Shown here: piece after piece, positions 29,765-39,380 of the stretch
How positions within the stretch are numbered: the first letter of the stretch is position 1
How the letters are laid out: each line of letters begins with the position of its first letter
Assembly: GCA_963767925.1 (NCBI GenBank)
Contig: CAVYGB010000002.1
Coordinates: 2,192,761 to 2,256,760 of the forward strand
From: an uncultured delta proteobacterium
Lineage (GTDB): Bacteria > Myxococcota_A > Polyangia > Fen-1088
Reading direction: 5' to 3'
Length of the DNA stretch: 64,000 bases
Position numbers and translations under genes: made by a program
The notes under the pieces: generated by a model
What the model saw: the letters and a program-made list of their open reading frames with translations, nothing else
Databases searched by the model: none
Told to the model about the DNA's origin: nothing

Positions 29765-30792
29765 GCGAAAGGCGGAGGCAGCGTCGGCATGAACCCGAGA
29801 TACGCCTTGTAAGTGACCGCGCCGCGCTCGTCGATCACCAGCTTGATGTCCAGCCAGCGATAGACCCAGGTTCGCAACCCATCGAGGCGGCTCACCGTGA
29901 CACCCCACCACGTCCTGAGCGCCTCCCTCTTCGAAGGTGAAACTTTGTCACGCGCGCCTTCTTCCCAGGCCGAATCGGGCGCCAGGGTTCCTTTGCCGTT
30001 GAACTGCGAGAAGGCCAGCCCCAGTCGGGGTCCGACAGCATCTCCCACCGTGATGTCCAGAAACGCGGTCTCTCCGCTGGGCCGGTAGCGGCGGGCCAGG
30101 ACGTCGCCGATGATCCCCATCGATCCGGGCCAGCCGATTCGTCCAAGGTAGTCGACCACGCTCCCTCTCGGTACGGCAACGTAGAACTTGGTGGTGCAGG
30201 GAGTCCGGGCCAGCATGGCCGAGACGTGAATGAGCGATCCTTCGGGCGGGAGGCAGCGGAGGCAGTGTTGCAACGCCACCAAGGAGGAGCAGTCGACACC
30301 AGAGCGGACGAGGAGCGCGAGGCCGGCCTGGCCGATGTCCCAGGCCAGGTCGCTATTGACCGCAGGCGTCCGCTCGCAGCGGGTCAGATAGTCCGGCTCG
30401 AGGCAAAAGCCCGGGCTGGCCAGCGGGGCGGAGCGCTGAAAGTGGTGGTCGAGATCGTATTCGAGCCAGAAGAAGGGTGTTCTGGAGAAGGCTGGGTCGG
30501 AGTTCCACAACCGGAACAATTCGAGCGTTGCCCGCCATGCGGGAGCCGAGGCTTGGCCGCCGAGACGGCTCTCGAAGCGGTCGGCGGCCTCCCGGTCTCG
30601 CACCATGGTCAGGAAATCAACCTGATCCTCCCCGTCCTCGAGACGGCACTCCAAGTAATACGACACCGTCGAAGGTGGCAGCGAGGCGGCGATCGAACGG
30701 CAGTCCTCCAGTCGCCGGGCGGAGACCAGAGCCTCCGGCAGCGTCGGGCGGATGACATCGAAAACCGCGACCGGATCCCAGAAGGTGGCCAT
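29761..30792 (-). CDS. Hypothetical protein, possibly ABBA/prenyltransferase-barrel-like
   Basis: YLECRL..QVDF, WLEYD, GPRLGL, terminal KLV..YKAYLGF; fold call is inference. Confidence 0.65.
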   Translation of the reverse strand: MATFWDPVAVFDVIRPTLPEALVSARRLEDCRSIAASLPPSTVSYYLECRLEDGEDQVDFLTMVRDREAADRFESRLGGQASAPAWRATLELFRLWNSDPAFSRTPFFWLEYDLDHHFQRSAPLASPGFCLEPDYLTRCERTPAVNSDLAWDIGQAGLALLVRSGVDCSSLVALQHCLRCLPPEGSLIHVSAMLARTPCTTKFYVAVPRGSVVDYLGRIGWPGSMGIIGDVLARRYRPSGETAFLDITVGDAVGPRLGLAFSQFNGKGTLAPDSAWEEGARDKVSPSKREALRTWWGVTVSRLDGLRTWVYRWLDIKLVIDERGAVTYKAYLGFMPTLPPPFA

Positions 30793-30797
30793 GGTCC

Positions 30798-31475
30798 CTA
30801 CCAGCCGTTCAGCCAGCCCCGAGCGCGGTATTCGCAGTCCAGGACCCGGCAAAGGACCTCGGCTTGCTCGCGTGCGCTGGTCGGATCCTGCGGCCCCGGA
30901 TGCTCTCCGGCCTTCCGGATGAACTCTAGAGTCCTGCTGAAGTCGCTTCCTGGAGCGAGTTGGCTCCAGCGGACCGCGAGCTCGGCGCACAAGGGCTGAT
31001 CGTTGATCACCTGGGTGGCAAACCCTTTCAGATAGAAGGAAAAGTAGATGAGATCGAGGAAGAGCCCGTCTCCACGTCTCCAGAGGTCGGGGGTGACTCT
31101 CTCCACGTGACACTTGCCAAGGGCGCGGCGAGATTCCTGGGGGTTGGTGAGGAAATGCTCGAAATCATCCCTCAGCAGGGCAAAGAGCCGCCCGGTCCAG
31201 AACTGCAGATCTTGCTGGGCCTTGGCGTAGGCCGTAGGGTCGCCCTGAATGGAGCCCGCTTGGGGCGTGGGAGCCTGGCCGTGAGGATTGCCCGACGAGA
31301 CCCGCAGATCGTAGGAAGCGTTCTCGATGCCGATACACGCCAAACGCATGTTGGCGTCGTTGATGTTGAACCGGGCAAAGCTGGTCCGTAGATCTTCGTG
31401 GGACTCGCGGCGATACGCTGACACCGAGGTGGTATGGAAGACGAACGAGAGCGGGGTACGCGGCGGATGATTCAT
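30798..31475 (-). CDS. Hypothetical protein (225 aa)
   Basis: ATGA overlap with the dyp stop, ends 5 nt before next gene; globular composition. Confidence 0.75.
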   Translation of the reverse strand: MNHPPRTPLSFVFHTTSVSAYRRESHEDLRTSFARFNINDANMRLACIGIENASYDLRVSSGNPHGQAPTPQAGSIQGDPTAYAKAQQDLQFWTGRLFALLRDDFEHFLTNPQESRRALGKCHVERVTPDLWRRGDGLFLDLIYFSFYLKGFATQVINDQPLCAELAVRWSQLAPGSDFSRTLEFIRKAGEHPGPQDPTSAREQAEVLCRVLDCEYRARGWLNGW

Positions 31476-32953
31476 GGCCGACCTTCCGTCAGGAGAACGT
31501 CGAGACCGGGCAAGCTCGGCGCGAAGAGGTATTCGCTCCCCCGAAGCGTGACCAGGTCATAAAAGTCGAAGTCCAGCTCGATGGTCTCGCTGATCTTCCG
31601 GTGGCGGTCCTCGGTGTAGAAGCTCTCCCGGTCGCGAGGCCTCTGGGCGATCAGAGAGTCTCCGCCCGGAGTGGGCCAGGCGTGCAGGTCGACAGAGCGA
31701 GCATTGGCCCAGTTTTTCTGGACGAACTCGAACTGCTCCCGAATCGACCCCTGCATACAAAGAAACAGCAGGCCACGAGAGCCGTCGTCCTGTTGCGAAC
31801 GGTCTTGCAAGGGTGAGCCGTAAGGAATTCCGCGACGGGTTAGAGTACGCCTTTGTTCCTGGTCGAGATCTCCGGTGGTGCCTCGCGGGTTCATCTTGCG
31901 GACGTGCGCGGAGAACGGGCAGGTCCGACCGGAAGGGTCCCGATCGAAGTTGAAGTTGTTCTGGGCAGTTGGGTCGATGGTCGAGGGGGCCAGCCAGCTG
32001 GGCCAGGGGGTACCGTCGACGTCACGACCCAGGAGCCGGCGCTTGATGAACCGGTCGATCTCCAAAATGGTCGGTTGCGCGTTCCCGAAGGGCTCATAGC
32101 CAGCGCCGCGATTCTTTTCTTGCCAGAGTTGGGCCAGGAACGGCCCCCGCCGCTCGAGCCGCTCGGCGTACTCTGCAACCCTCCGGTGAAAGCCCCCGAC
32201 ATCCTGGGACAGCTTTCGGTAGACGACGTAGGAGCCGCAGCTCTCCGGGGCGAGCGGATCCCTGGCGAGCACGACGGAGAGGCGGCGCCGAGGATCGATC
32301 GTAGGATCGGGGTCGCCTTTCCCGTACTGTTTGTCGCCGATGGCTTGCCAGTGCGCATCCAGGTAAATCGGTTGGCTGGAGCCATCTCGAAAGCCGAAGT
32401 GTTCGTGTCGCTCACCTTCCGGGCTTTTCAGCGGATGGCCCGTCTGGTCGAGCGCCAGACCCCACTCCAGATGAATTTCTGCGCGCGAGTCGGCGCGGAG
32501 GACCTCCACGAGGTCGTCGAGGCGATGCTGGTTGTCGCAGGCGAGCATGGCCATGCCGTGCCAGGGTCGCCGGTAGCTGTCCTGCCACTGCTCGGGAGGC
32601 AGGTCGTCGAGGAGATCGGAGGTCTCCGGGTGTCGACTGCCCAGGATGAAGGCTCGATCCATCTGCGCGACGTCGTGGCCGAGGTGGGCCAGACCCGCGG
32701 CGGTAAAGAAGAGGTTCACCAGGGGCGCCTCCCGAGCCGCTTCGTCGTGAGCCTTGGCGCTGGTTACCGGCATTCGCGCCAGGTGACCGTGGAAGAACTC
32801 CCGGAGCCAGGCACGCGGAGCCTCCGCTCTGGTACGAAACCGGAAAAAGACGTGCGCCGCCTTCAGTTTTCCAAAGCCCCGCAGGATGTTGCCTTGCAAG
32901 TCCTGGTACAGGCGATCGTCCGGAACCTCAACGTCGTTGTGACAAAACCTCAT
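31472..32953 (-). CDS. Dyp-type heme peroxidase
   Basis: LQGNIL, HFGFRDGSSQP, YVVYRKL, CPFSAHVRKMNPR, RRGIPYG, QFEFVQ. Confidence 0.93.
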   Translation of the reverse strand: MRFCHNDVEVPDDRLYQDLQGNILRGFGKLKAAHVFFRFRTRAEAPRAWLREFFHGHLARMPVTSAKAHDEAAREAPLVNLFFTAAGLAHLGHDVAQMDRAFILGSRHPETSDLLDDLPPEQWQDSYRRPWHGMAMLACDNQHRLDDLVEVLRADSRAEIHLEWGLALDQTGHPLKSPEGERHEHFGFRDGSSQPIYLDAHWQAIGDKQYGKGDPDPTIDPRRRLSVVLARDPLAPESCGSYVVYRKLSQDVGGFHRRVAEYAERLERRGPFLAQLWQEKNRGAGYEPFGNAQPTILEIDRFIKRRLLGRDVDGTPWPSWLAPSTIDPTAQNNFNFDRDPSGRTCPFSAHVRKMNPRGTTGDLDQEQRRTLTRRGIPYGSPLQDRSQQDDGSRGLLFLCMQGSIREQFEFVQKNWANARSVDLHAWPTPGGDSLIAQRPRDRESFYTEDRHRKISETIELDFDFYDLVTLRGSEYLFAPSLPGLDVLLTEGRP

Positions 32954-32975
32954 GCCGAACCCCCCTTCGACCCCG

Positions 32976-33047
32976 ACAGTAAGCTGCGGTTCTGCGGGGC
33001 CGCAATCCGCTACCCTTGAGCGGTCGATTCGAGAGGATGAGCGGTCG
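32976..33047 (-). promoter_or_regulatory. Putative LytTR binding site plus sigma70-type promoter of the dyp operon
   Basis: Perfect CGACCGCTCA direct repeat with 21-bp period (33047-33038, 33026-33017); -35 TTGCGG, 18 nt, -10 TACTGT. Confidence 0.7.
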
Positions 33048-33062
33048 GTAGGCGGTTCCGGA

Positions 33063-33806
33063 CTACGACCAACGACGAAGATTGTCGGAATAGCGTCGGC
33101 TGGACTCGATCTCGCTGCCTTCGTCCAGAATCACTTTGATCCGGCCGTCCGTGAGCCGCTTGAGTGAAGCGACGTGTTGCATGTTCACGATGCTGTTGCG
33201 GTGAATGCGGACGAAGTCTTCTGGATCGAGCCGGTTCTCCAGCTCCACCAGCGGTGTGTCGATCAGGTACTCACGGCTGCTGGTCCTCACGGTTGTGTAG
33301 CCCTGTTCAGCCCGAAACAACAGCACTTCGTCGAGAGTCACAAAGAAGGTCGAGTCGCCCACGCGGCAGGCCAGACGCCGAGGGCCAATTTGGCGGGAGG
33401 ATCTAAGCACCGAGAGCATCTGGTCCAGCGGAGGAGCCGGACCTCGTTGTTGTGCCTGGCTCACACGCGCGACCGCCGCTGCCAGTTCCTGGGGCTCGAT
33501 GGGCTTGAGCAGATAGTCGACGGCGCTCGCTCGGATCGCCTGGACAGCGTACTTGTCGAAGGCAGTGGTAAAGATCACCGCCGCGCCGTGGTTTCCGGCC
33601 TTGAGAACCTCGAAGCCATCGAAACCGGGCAATGAGACATCGAGGAAGACGAGATCCGGCTCCTCAGCGGCGATGAGGCGGACCGCTTCGGGCCCGTTAT
33701 CCGCTTCTGCGATGACCTGCAAGGTCCCCGCATGCGCCTCCAGGAGCCGACGCAGGCGCTCGCGCGAAGCAGCCTCGTCTTCAACGATTATCGTGCGCAG
33801 GGCCAT
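33063..33806 (-). CDS. LytTR-family response regulator
   Basis: IVEDE, FLDVSLP, FTTAFD, YLLKP; FVRIHRNSIVN, SSRRY. Confidence 0.95.
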   Translation of the reverse strand: MALRTIIVEDEAASRERLRRLLEAHAGTLQVIAEADNGPEAVRLIAAEEPDLVFLDVSLPGFDGFEVLKAGNHGAAVIFTTAFDKYAVQAIRASAVDYLLKPIEPQELAAAVARVSQAQQRGPAPPLDQMLSVLRSSRQIGPRRLACRVGDSTFFVTLDEVLLFRAEQGYTTVRTSSREYLIDTPLVELENRLDPEDFVRIHRNSIVNMQHVASLKRLTDGRIKVILDEGSEIESSRRYSDNLRRWS

Positions 33807-33957
33807 CTGCGACCTCGGCCGGCGAAGCTACACGATGCGCCATTTTATGACAAGGGCTACTCCCAGGTCTCGATGTCGATCCCTACTCTGGTAGCCAGCG
33901 ATACCAGGCGCGCCGCTGCGGGACGACCTGCCTCGCGGGCCGCAGCCGAGGGGTAGC

Positions 33958-33994
33958 CACTCGAGGCGCCGGTCGTCGAGCGCTGATTCGACAG
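33958..33994 (+). repeat. Right copy of 37-bp direct repeat (att-like)
   Basis: CACTCGAGGCGCCGGTCGTCGAGCGCTGATTCGACAG. Confidence 0.85.
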
Positions 33995-34049
33995 CCTTCA
34001 CGTATTCAACGTACGCGGGCGGAAAATCCGTGGGCTTCGTGTCCCTGGC

Positions 34050-35237
34050 TCACGGATCCCCGGCGGCCAGCGCCGCGATCTCGCTGGCGGTGAGGACGCG
34101 GTTGTAGATGCGGAGGTCGTCGATGCGGCCGGGCCAGCGCTCCTCTTCGCCGCGGTCGGGCTCGAAGGCGCCCAGGATGACCTGGGTGATGGCGGCGCCG
34201 GTCCGGTAGTTGTTGGTGCCGCTGTCGGCGAGGGTGCCGTCGACGTGAAGAGCGTGGGATCCCGCCCGGTGGGTGTAGACCAGGTGGGTCCAGCCGCCCG
34301 GGGCGGCGGCGCTGGCCTGCACCACCGAGGTGTCGGCAGCGCTGTTCCAGAGCCAGACCGCGGGGAACCCGCGCTGCAGCCCCACCTGAACGCCCAGGTC
34401 GGTCGAGTTGTTGAAGGACAGCAGCGTCCTCCGGAAGTCGCCGATGGGCGCGGGCAGCCAGAACCAGAGGGAGATCGACCGCTCGACCGACACCTCCGGG
34501 ATCAACGAGGCCGGCAGCATGACGTAACCGGAGCTCCCGTCGAGCGCCAGGGCGCCGCCGTTGCTGAACTGGTCCGTGGGAAATCCATCCGGCCAGGTGA
34601 CGGCGCCGGCCGCGATCCCGAGCTGCGTGCCGCTGTCGTCGGGGACCGAGGTGCCGCTGACAGGGTCCAGGCGGTAGCGGGCGAGGAGCCCCGCGGATAG
34701 AGACGAGTCGGTCTGAACGTCGACGGGTGCGTCGCGGGCGGCGCCGTCCGGCTCCGCCCTCGAGTCGAGAGCGGCTCCGCTGTCACTCGGAACATCGGCG
34801 GTCGCCCCGGCGTCTTCGGGCGCGCCATCGACCGCCCGGTCCGGCGGCCGGGCCGTGTCCGATCCCAGGCTCGGACCGTCCGTCCCGCCGGAGAGGTAAG
34901 CCGGGTTGGCTCCCGTGCAGGCCAGCGCCCCGAGGCAGACCAGGGCGGCGGTAGCGCGCGGGATGGCCGCCCGGAATGGGCGCCGCCTGCACCCGGCCCG
35001 GCCAGGGCTCGGGGTGCCGGGCGGGCGACCGGGGGCATCGCGGGTGAGCTGGAAGGCACCCACCAGCACGGTGAAGGTCATCGCCCGCAGCAGCACGCCC
35101 ACGAACACCGAGAGCACCACATCGAGGCGGAGGCCGGAGGGGAGCTGTCCGCGCGCGTCGCGGACGGCGTTCACCTGGACATCCGTGTCATGGGACCGGC
35201 GCCTTGCCAGTCCGCTGGCGTTTCCGAACGGGACCAC
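34050..35237 (-). CDS. LamG-like jellyroll domain lipoprotein (start uncertain)
   Basis: ALAC lipobox + NPAY, low-complexity linker, ALDG, SISLW, WTHLV, GRIDDLRIYNRVLTASEI. Confidence 0.75.
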   Translation of the reverse strand: MVPFGNASGLARRRSHDTDVQVNAVRDARGQLPSGLRLDVVLSVFVGVLLRAMTFTVLVGAFQLTRDAPGRPPGTPSPGRAGCRRRPFRAAIPRATAALVCLGALACTGANPAYLSGGTDGPSLGSDTARPPDRAVDGAPEDAGATADVPSDSGAALDSRAEPDGAARDAPVDVQTDSSLSAGLLARYRLDPVSGTSVPDDSGTQLGIAAGAVTWPDGFPTDQFSNGGALALDGSSGYVMLPASLIPEVSVERSISLWFWLPAPIGDFRRTLLSFNNSTDLGVQVGLQRGFPAVWLWNSAADTSVVQASAAAPGGWTHLVYTHRAGSHALHVDGTLADSGTNNYRTGAAITQVILGAFEPDRGEEERWPGRIDDLRIYNRVLTASEIAALAAGDP

Positions 35238-35360
35238 ACCCCTCCTTCGGATCGGGTCTCCCGGTCCCAGGCTTTAGGTTCTCCAGCAGAATCAGTGGGT
35301 CATCTGAGCGCCAGGAGCTGATAACATCGGCGCGGGGCGCAGCATGACCGGCGAGATCTC

Positions 35361-36554
35361 GTGAAGGCCGGGAGAGGTATTTCCTGGCGGCGGTGGGTCT
35401 GGCGGGCCTTCCAGGCCCTCGGAGCGCTGCTGGTGCTGGTCATCGCCGTGGCGCTGTTCCAGGGTTGCGCCGCCTTCGGCAAGCGGGCGAGCGGCGATCG
35501 GCTGGCGCGCATGTCGCGCTCTCCGCAGTGGGGCGACGGCAAGTTCGTCAACCCCCAGCCGCTGGTCAACCACTTCTGGGAGATGTTCTCCGGGGCCACC
35601 GGCGCCAGCCTGCACGGGCGCCCCACCGAGACGCTGCCCGTCCAGCGGCCGCCGCGCGCCCGCTTCGAGACGCCGCCCGGCAGCGGCCTGCGTGTCACCT
35701 GGATGGGGCACTCGTCGCTGCTGGTCGAGATCGACGGCCATCGTGTGCTGACCGACCCGGTCTGGAGCCACCGGGTTTCGCCCCTGGGATGGGTGGGGCC
35801 CGAGCGCTGGCACGGCCCCCTCATCGCCCTCGAGGAGCTGCCGGCGATCGACGCGGTGGTGGTGTCCCACGATCACTACGACCACCTCGACCACGACACC
35901 ATCACGGCGATGGCGACGGCGCCGGGGTGGGAACGCACGATCTTCGTCGTGCCGCTGGGGATCGGGGCCAACCTGGCCTACTGGGGCGTGCCGGAGGCGC
36001 GCATCGTCGAGCTGGACTGGTGGCAGGAGACGCGGGTCCGCCGCCTCACCATCGTCTGCACGCCCGCCCGGCACGCCTCCGGCCGCATGCTGATCGACAA
36101 CGACGCCAAGCTCTGGGCCGGCTACGCGCTCATCGGCTCGCAGCGCCGGGTCTACTTCTCGGGGGACACGGGCCTGTTCCCCGCGATGAAGGAGATCGGC
36201 GCGAAGCTGGGTCCCTTCGATCTCACGATGATCGAGGTGGGCGAATACAACCGGGCCTGGCCCGACTGGCACATCGGCCCCGAGCAGGCGGTGCGCGCCC
36301 ACCAGATGGTGCGCGGCGGCCTCATGCTCCCGATCCACTGGGGCCTCTTTCGCCTCGCCTACCACACCTGGACCGAGCCCATCGAACGCGTGCTGGTGGC
36401 GGCGCGCGCCGCCGGCGTCACGCTGGCGATTCCCCGCCCCGGTCAGAGCTTCGAGCCGGACGCCCCGCCCCCGGTCGAGCGCTGGTGGCCGGAGCTACCG
36501 TGGCAGACGGCCCAGGAGCACCCGGTGGTCTCCACCCAGGTGGACGGGCGTTGA
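35361..36554 (+). CDS. MBL-fold metallo-hydrolase (RomA/NAPE-PLD-like)
   Basis: WMGHSS, TDPVWS, SHDHYDHLD, PARHASGR, GDTG, PIHWG. Confidence 0.92.
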   Translation: MKAGRGISWRRWVWRAFQALGALLVLVIAVALFQGCAAFGKRASGDRLARMSRSPQWGDGKFVNPQPLVNHFWEMFSGATGASLHGRPTETLPVQRPPRARFETPPGSGLRVTWMGHSSLLVEIDGHRVLTDPVWSHRVSPLGWVGPERWHGPLIALEELPAIDAVVVSHDHYDHLDHDTITAMATAPGWERTIFVVPLGIGANLAYWGVPEARIVELDWWQETRVRRLTIVCTPARHASGRMLIDNDAKLWAGYALIGSQRRVYFSGDTGLFPAMKEIGAKLGPFDLTMIEVGEYNRAWPDWHIGPEQAVRAHQMVRGGLMLPIHWGLFRLAYHTWTEPIERVLVAARAAGVTLAIPRPGQSFEPDAPPPVERWWPELPWQTAQEHPVVSTQVDGR

Positions 36555-36588
36555 GACCTCCGCCGAGCGCCACCCGCGGGTCGGGGGG

Positions 36589-37533
36589 TTACCTGGTGCC
36601 GATGCTCAGGTTGCTGATGTAGACGGTTCGCGTGCGGTTGTTGGAGATGCCGAGCTCGGTGTTGTAGATGCCGCCGTCCCAGTGGGCGGCTCCCGTCTTG
36701 GGCGGCTGGAAGCCGAGGTTGTCGCGGCGCTGGTAGACCTCCTCGCCGTCGATGAACACCTGGACGTAGCCGTCCGCGCGGTAGTCGACCTCGACGCGGA
36801 AGTCGTACCAGCGCATCGGCTCGAGCCTCTTGCTGAGCTGGGTGGTGCCCCCGCACCGGACGATGAGATCGCCGTTGTTGTGACCTTCGAGCATCCACAT
36901 GGGACCGCCGGGCCGGATGTGCTGGGCGAAGGTCGCGTTGATGTCGATGCTCGTGATCATGTAGCCCCAGGCGTAGCTGACCTTGCTGCCGAAGGGGAAC
37001 GCGTAGGTCGTGTTCGAGACGGCGCTCCTGGGCTTGTTGTTCGGCGAGGTGCGGAAGTTGTCACCCGCCTCCCAGACCACGCGCATGACCTTGCCCCGCG
37101 CGCCGAGCGGATCGTCCACGCGCTGATAGCGGCTCGGCGGAATGCTGGTCGGGGAGGGCGTCAACCCGGCGGCGTCCTGCTCGAAGTCCTGGGAAAAGAC
37201 GATGGCGCCCCCGGCGATCGGTCCCTGGGAGCTCGGCGAGCCCCCGCCTTCTCCGGCCCCCGCGATGCCGCTGGCGTCCCCGCCGGCGTCGGGCAGGGCG
37301 CCGTCCTCCGCGGCGGCGTCCTCCGCGCCGCTCCCGCCCGCCTGGCTTGCGGCGTCGGGATCCCCGGTCGCGCCGCCGTCCGGACCGGCGCTGGGAACCC
37401 CGGCCCGCCGACCACCCGAACCGCCCGTGCCAGGACCGGGTTCGGGGGGGCCGGGCTGGCTTCTGCCGGCAGAGCCGCACGCCAGGGTGAAGAGGGGCAA
37501 CCAGACGAGGGAGCGCAACAACGGTTTCATCAC
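36589..37533 (-). CDS. Lipoprotein with polysaccharide-lyase-like jellyroll domain
   Basis: TLAC lipobox; PRS, FAQH, WYDFRV, GYVQVFIDG, GGIY pattern. Confidence 0.6.
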   Translation of the reverse strand: MMKPLLRSLVWLPLFTLACGSAGRSQPGPPEPGPGTGGSGGRRAGVPSAGPDGGATGDPDAASQAGGSGAEDAAAEDGALPDAGGDASGIAGAGEGGGSPSSQGPIAGGAIVFSQDFEQDAAGLTPSPTSIPPSRYQRVDDPLGARGKVMRVVWEAGDNFRTSPNNKPRSAVSNTTYAFPFGSKVSYAWGYMITSIDINATFAQHIRPGGPMWMLEGHNNGDLIVRCGGTTQLSKRLEPMRWYDFRVEVDYRADGYVQVFIDGEEVYQRRDNLGFQPPKTGAAHWDGGIYNTELGISNNRTRTVYISNLSIGTR

Positions 37534-37827
37534 GCTCTATTGGCGGCAGCGCCCCTTTGTTCCGAAAGAAAGTGACGACGCGATGTGCCGGCCGGCGGTC
37601 CGGGGAGGTTCTTGCGTCTGGCCAGGGCGGGGCGCCCTGGAGGCTCCTCGAACCGCCTTCGGCACGCGACGCCTTTGGCTCGGCATGCACGCGCTGCCCT
37701 CGCGACCTCCGCGGGCCGCGTGTTAGTCTCGGCGTGCGTGTGAGCGATTGTCTCGCTGCGAGCTGCTCAGGGCCCACAGTACCAGGGGTGAAGTCCGTCG
37801 GTTGCGCGCCCCTGCATCAGGAGTCTC

Positions 37828-38832
37828 ATGAACAACATCCCGACTCGGCGAAGGTTCCTGGAACACGCGGCCCTGCTGAGCATCGCGCTGCCGCTCCGGC
37901 GAGCCAGCGCGGCGGTGAGACCCGTCCAGCGTGCCGGTGGATCGCACCTGCGTACCTCGCTCAACGCCTACTCGTTCGCCGACCTGCTGACCGCCAGGAC
38001 CAAGGATCCCAGCAAAGGCCTCGACCTGTTTCAGCTCTGCGACTTCTGCGCCAAGCACGATTTCGACGCCGTGGACCTCACCGGCTACTTCTTTCCGGGC
38101 TATCCGCAAGCCCCCGAGCGCAGCTACCTCATCAAGCTCAAGCGCCACGCCTTCGACCTCGGCCTGGAGATCAGCGGCACCGGCGTGCGCAACGACTTCA
38201 CCGCCGCCGACAAGGCCGTCCGCAGCGAGGGCGTCCAGCGCATCAAGACCTGGATCGAGGTGGCCGCCACGCTGGGCGCACCCACCGTCCGCGCCTTTGC
38301 CGACTCCCAGGCCCCCTTCAAGAACTGGCAGCAGGCCTCGGGCAACGCGAGCCGCCCCGCGGTCGAGACCTGGATGGCCGACTCGCTCCGACAGTGCGCC
38401 GAGCACGGCCAGAAATTTGGCGTCGTGGTGGCGGTGCAGAATCACGGTGACTTCATCGACACGGGCGAGAAGCACCTCAGCCTGCTCAAGCGGGTAGACC
38501 ACGACTGGTGCCGGGCCATGGTGGACACCGGCCAGTACCGGAGCGCCGATCCTTATGCCGACATCGCCACCATGGCCCCCTACGCGGTCAACTGGCAGAT
38601 CAAGGAGACACTCGGCAACACCATGGAATCGCCCCACATCGACATGAAGAAGCTGGTCACGATCATCCGGAAATCCGGCTACCGCGGCTACCTTCCCATC
38701 GAGACCCTGGTGATGAAGCGGACGAGCTACGATCCCTACGTGGAGGCGCCCAAGCTCCTGGCCGAGCTCCGCCAGGCCATGCAAGACACCACGTCGATCG
38801 CTGCCACGCCCAGGGCACAGGCCGCCCGCTGA
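37828..38832 (+). CDS. Sugar phosphate isomerase/epimerase (xylose-isomerase-like TIM barrel) with Tat signal
   Basis: AGGAG RBS; TRRRFL; LNAYSF, QNHG, DTG, GYRGYLPIE. Confidence 0.88.
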   Translation: MNNIPTRRRFLEHAALLSIALPLRRASAAVRPVQRAGGSHLRTSLNAYSFADLLTARTKDPSKGLDLFQLCDFCAKHDFDAVDLTGYFFPGYPQAPERSYLIKLKRHAFDLGLEISGTGVRNDFTAADKAVRSEGVQRIKTWIEVAATLGAPTVRAFADSQAPFKNWQQASGNASRPAVETWMADSLRQCAEHGQKFGVVVAVQNHGDFIDTGEKHLSLLKRVDHDWCRAMVDTGQYRSADPYADIATMAPYAVNWQIKETLGNTMESPHIDMKKLVTIIRKSGYRGYLPIETLVMKRTSYDPYVEAPKLLAELRQAMQDTTSIAATPRAQAAR

Positions 38833-38855
38833 CCGACCTGGCTCCGAGGGTGGGG

Positions 38856-39305
38856 TCAGCCGTTCGAGGCGCTGCTGCCGGTCCCGTCGAGGACCCTCCG
38901 CGCGGCAGCCACCAGATCGGCCGCATCGACCGGCTTGTGAAGGACGTCCAGCCTCGGATATCCCCAGTGTGGTCCGGCCGCCGTGAGGACCAGGACCGGC
39001 ACCTGCGCCAGCCGGGCCGAGGCGCGAAGCTCGTCGAGGAAGGACCATCCATCCATCAACGGCATCATGAGGTCGAGCAGGATGAGGTCCGGCAACCGCT
39101 CCGCGGCGGCCAGGTACTCGAGCGCGCGTGGCGCGTCGTTCAGCCCCACCGTCTCGAACCCGTCGTCCTCGAGCACCTCCCGCACCGCTTCACAGATCTC
39201 CCAGTCGTCATCCAGCACGAGCACCAGCCGCCGCGGCGAGTCCGCCGCCGCCAGCGGGATCTCGGCCGTTTGCTTCAGAGCCTCTGACACCGGCGCGTTG
39301 TCCAT
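38856..39305 (-). CDS. Single-domain response regulator (CheY-like)
   Basis: VLDDD, LLDLMMPLMDG, LTA, KP. Confidence 0.88.
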   Translation of the reverse strand: MDNAPVSEALKQTAEIPLAAADSPRRLVLVLDDDWEICEAVREVLEDDGFETVGLNDAPRALEYLAAAERLPDLILLDLMMPLMDGWSFLDELRASARLAQVPVLVLTAAGPHWGYPRLDVLHKPVDAADLVAAARRVLDGTGSSASNG

Positions 39306-39380
39306 CGGCCCGGAAAGCTGGGTTCGCGGCGGCGCTCGTACAAGATGCGACAACCCGATTGGCCGAGAATCGAGGACACC

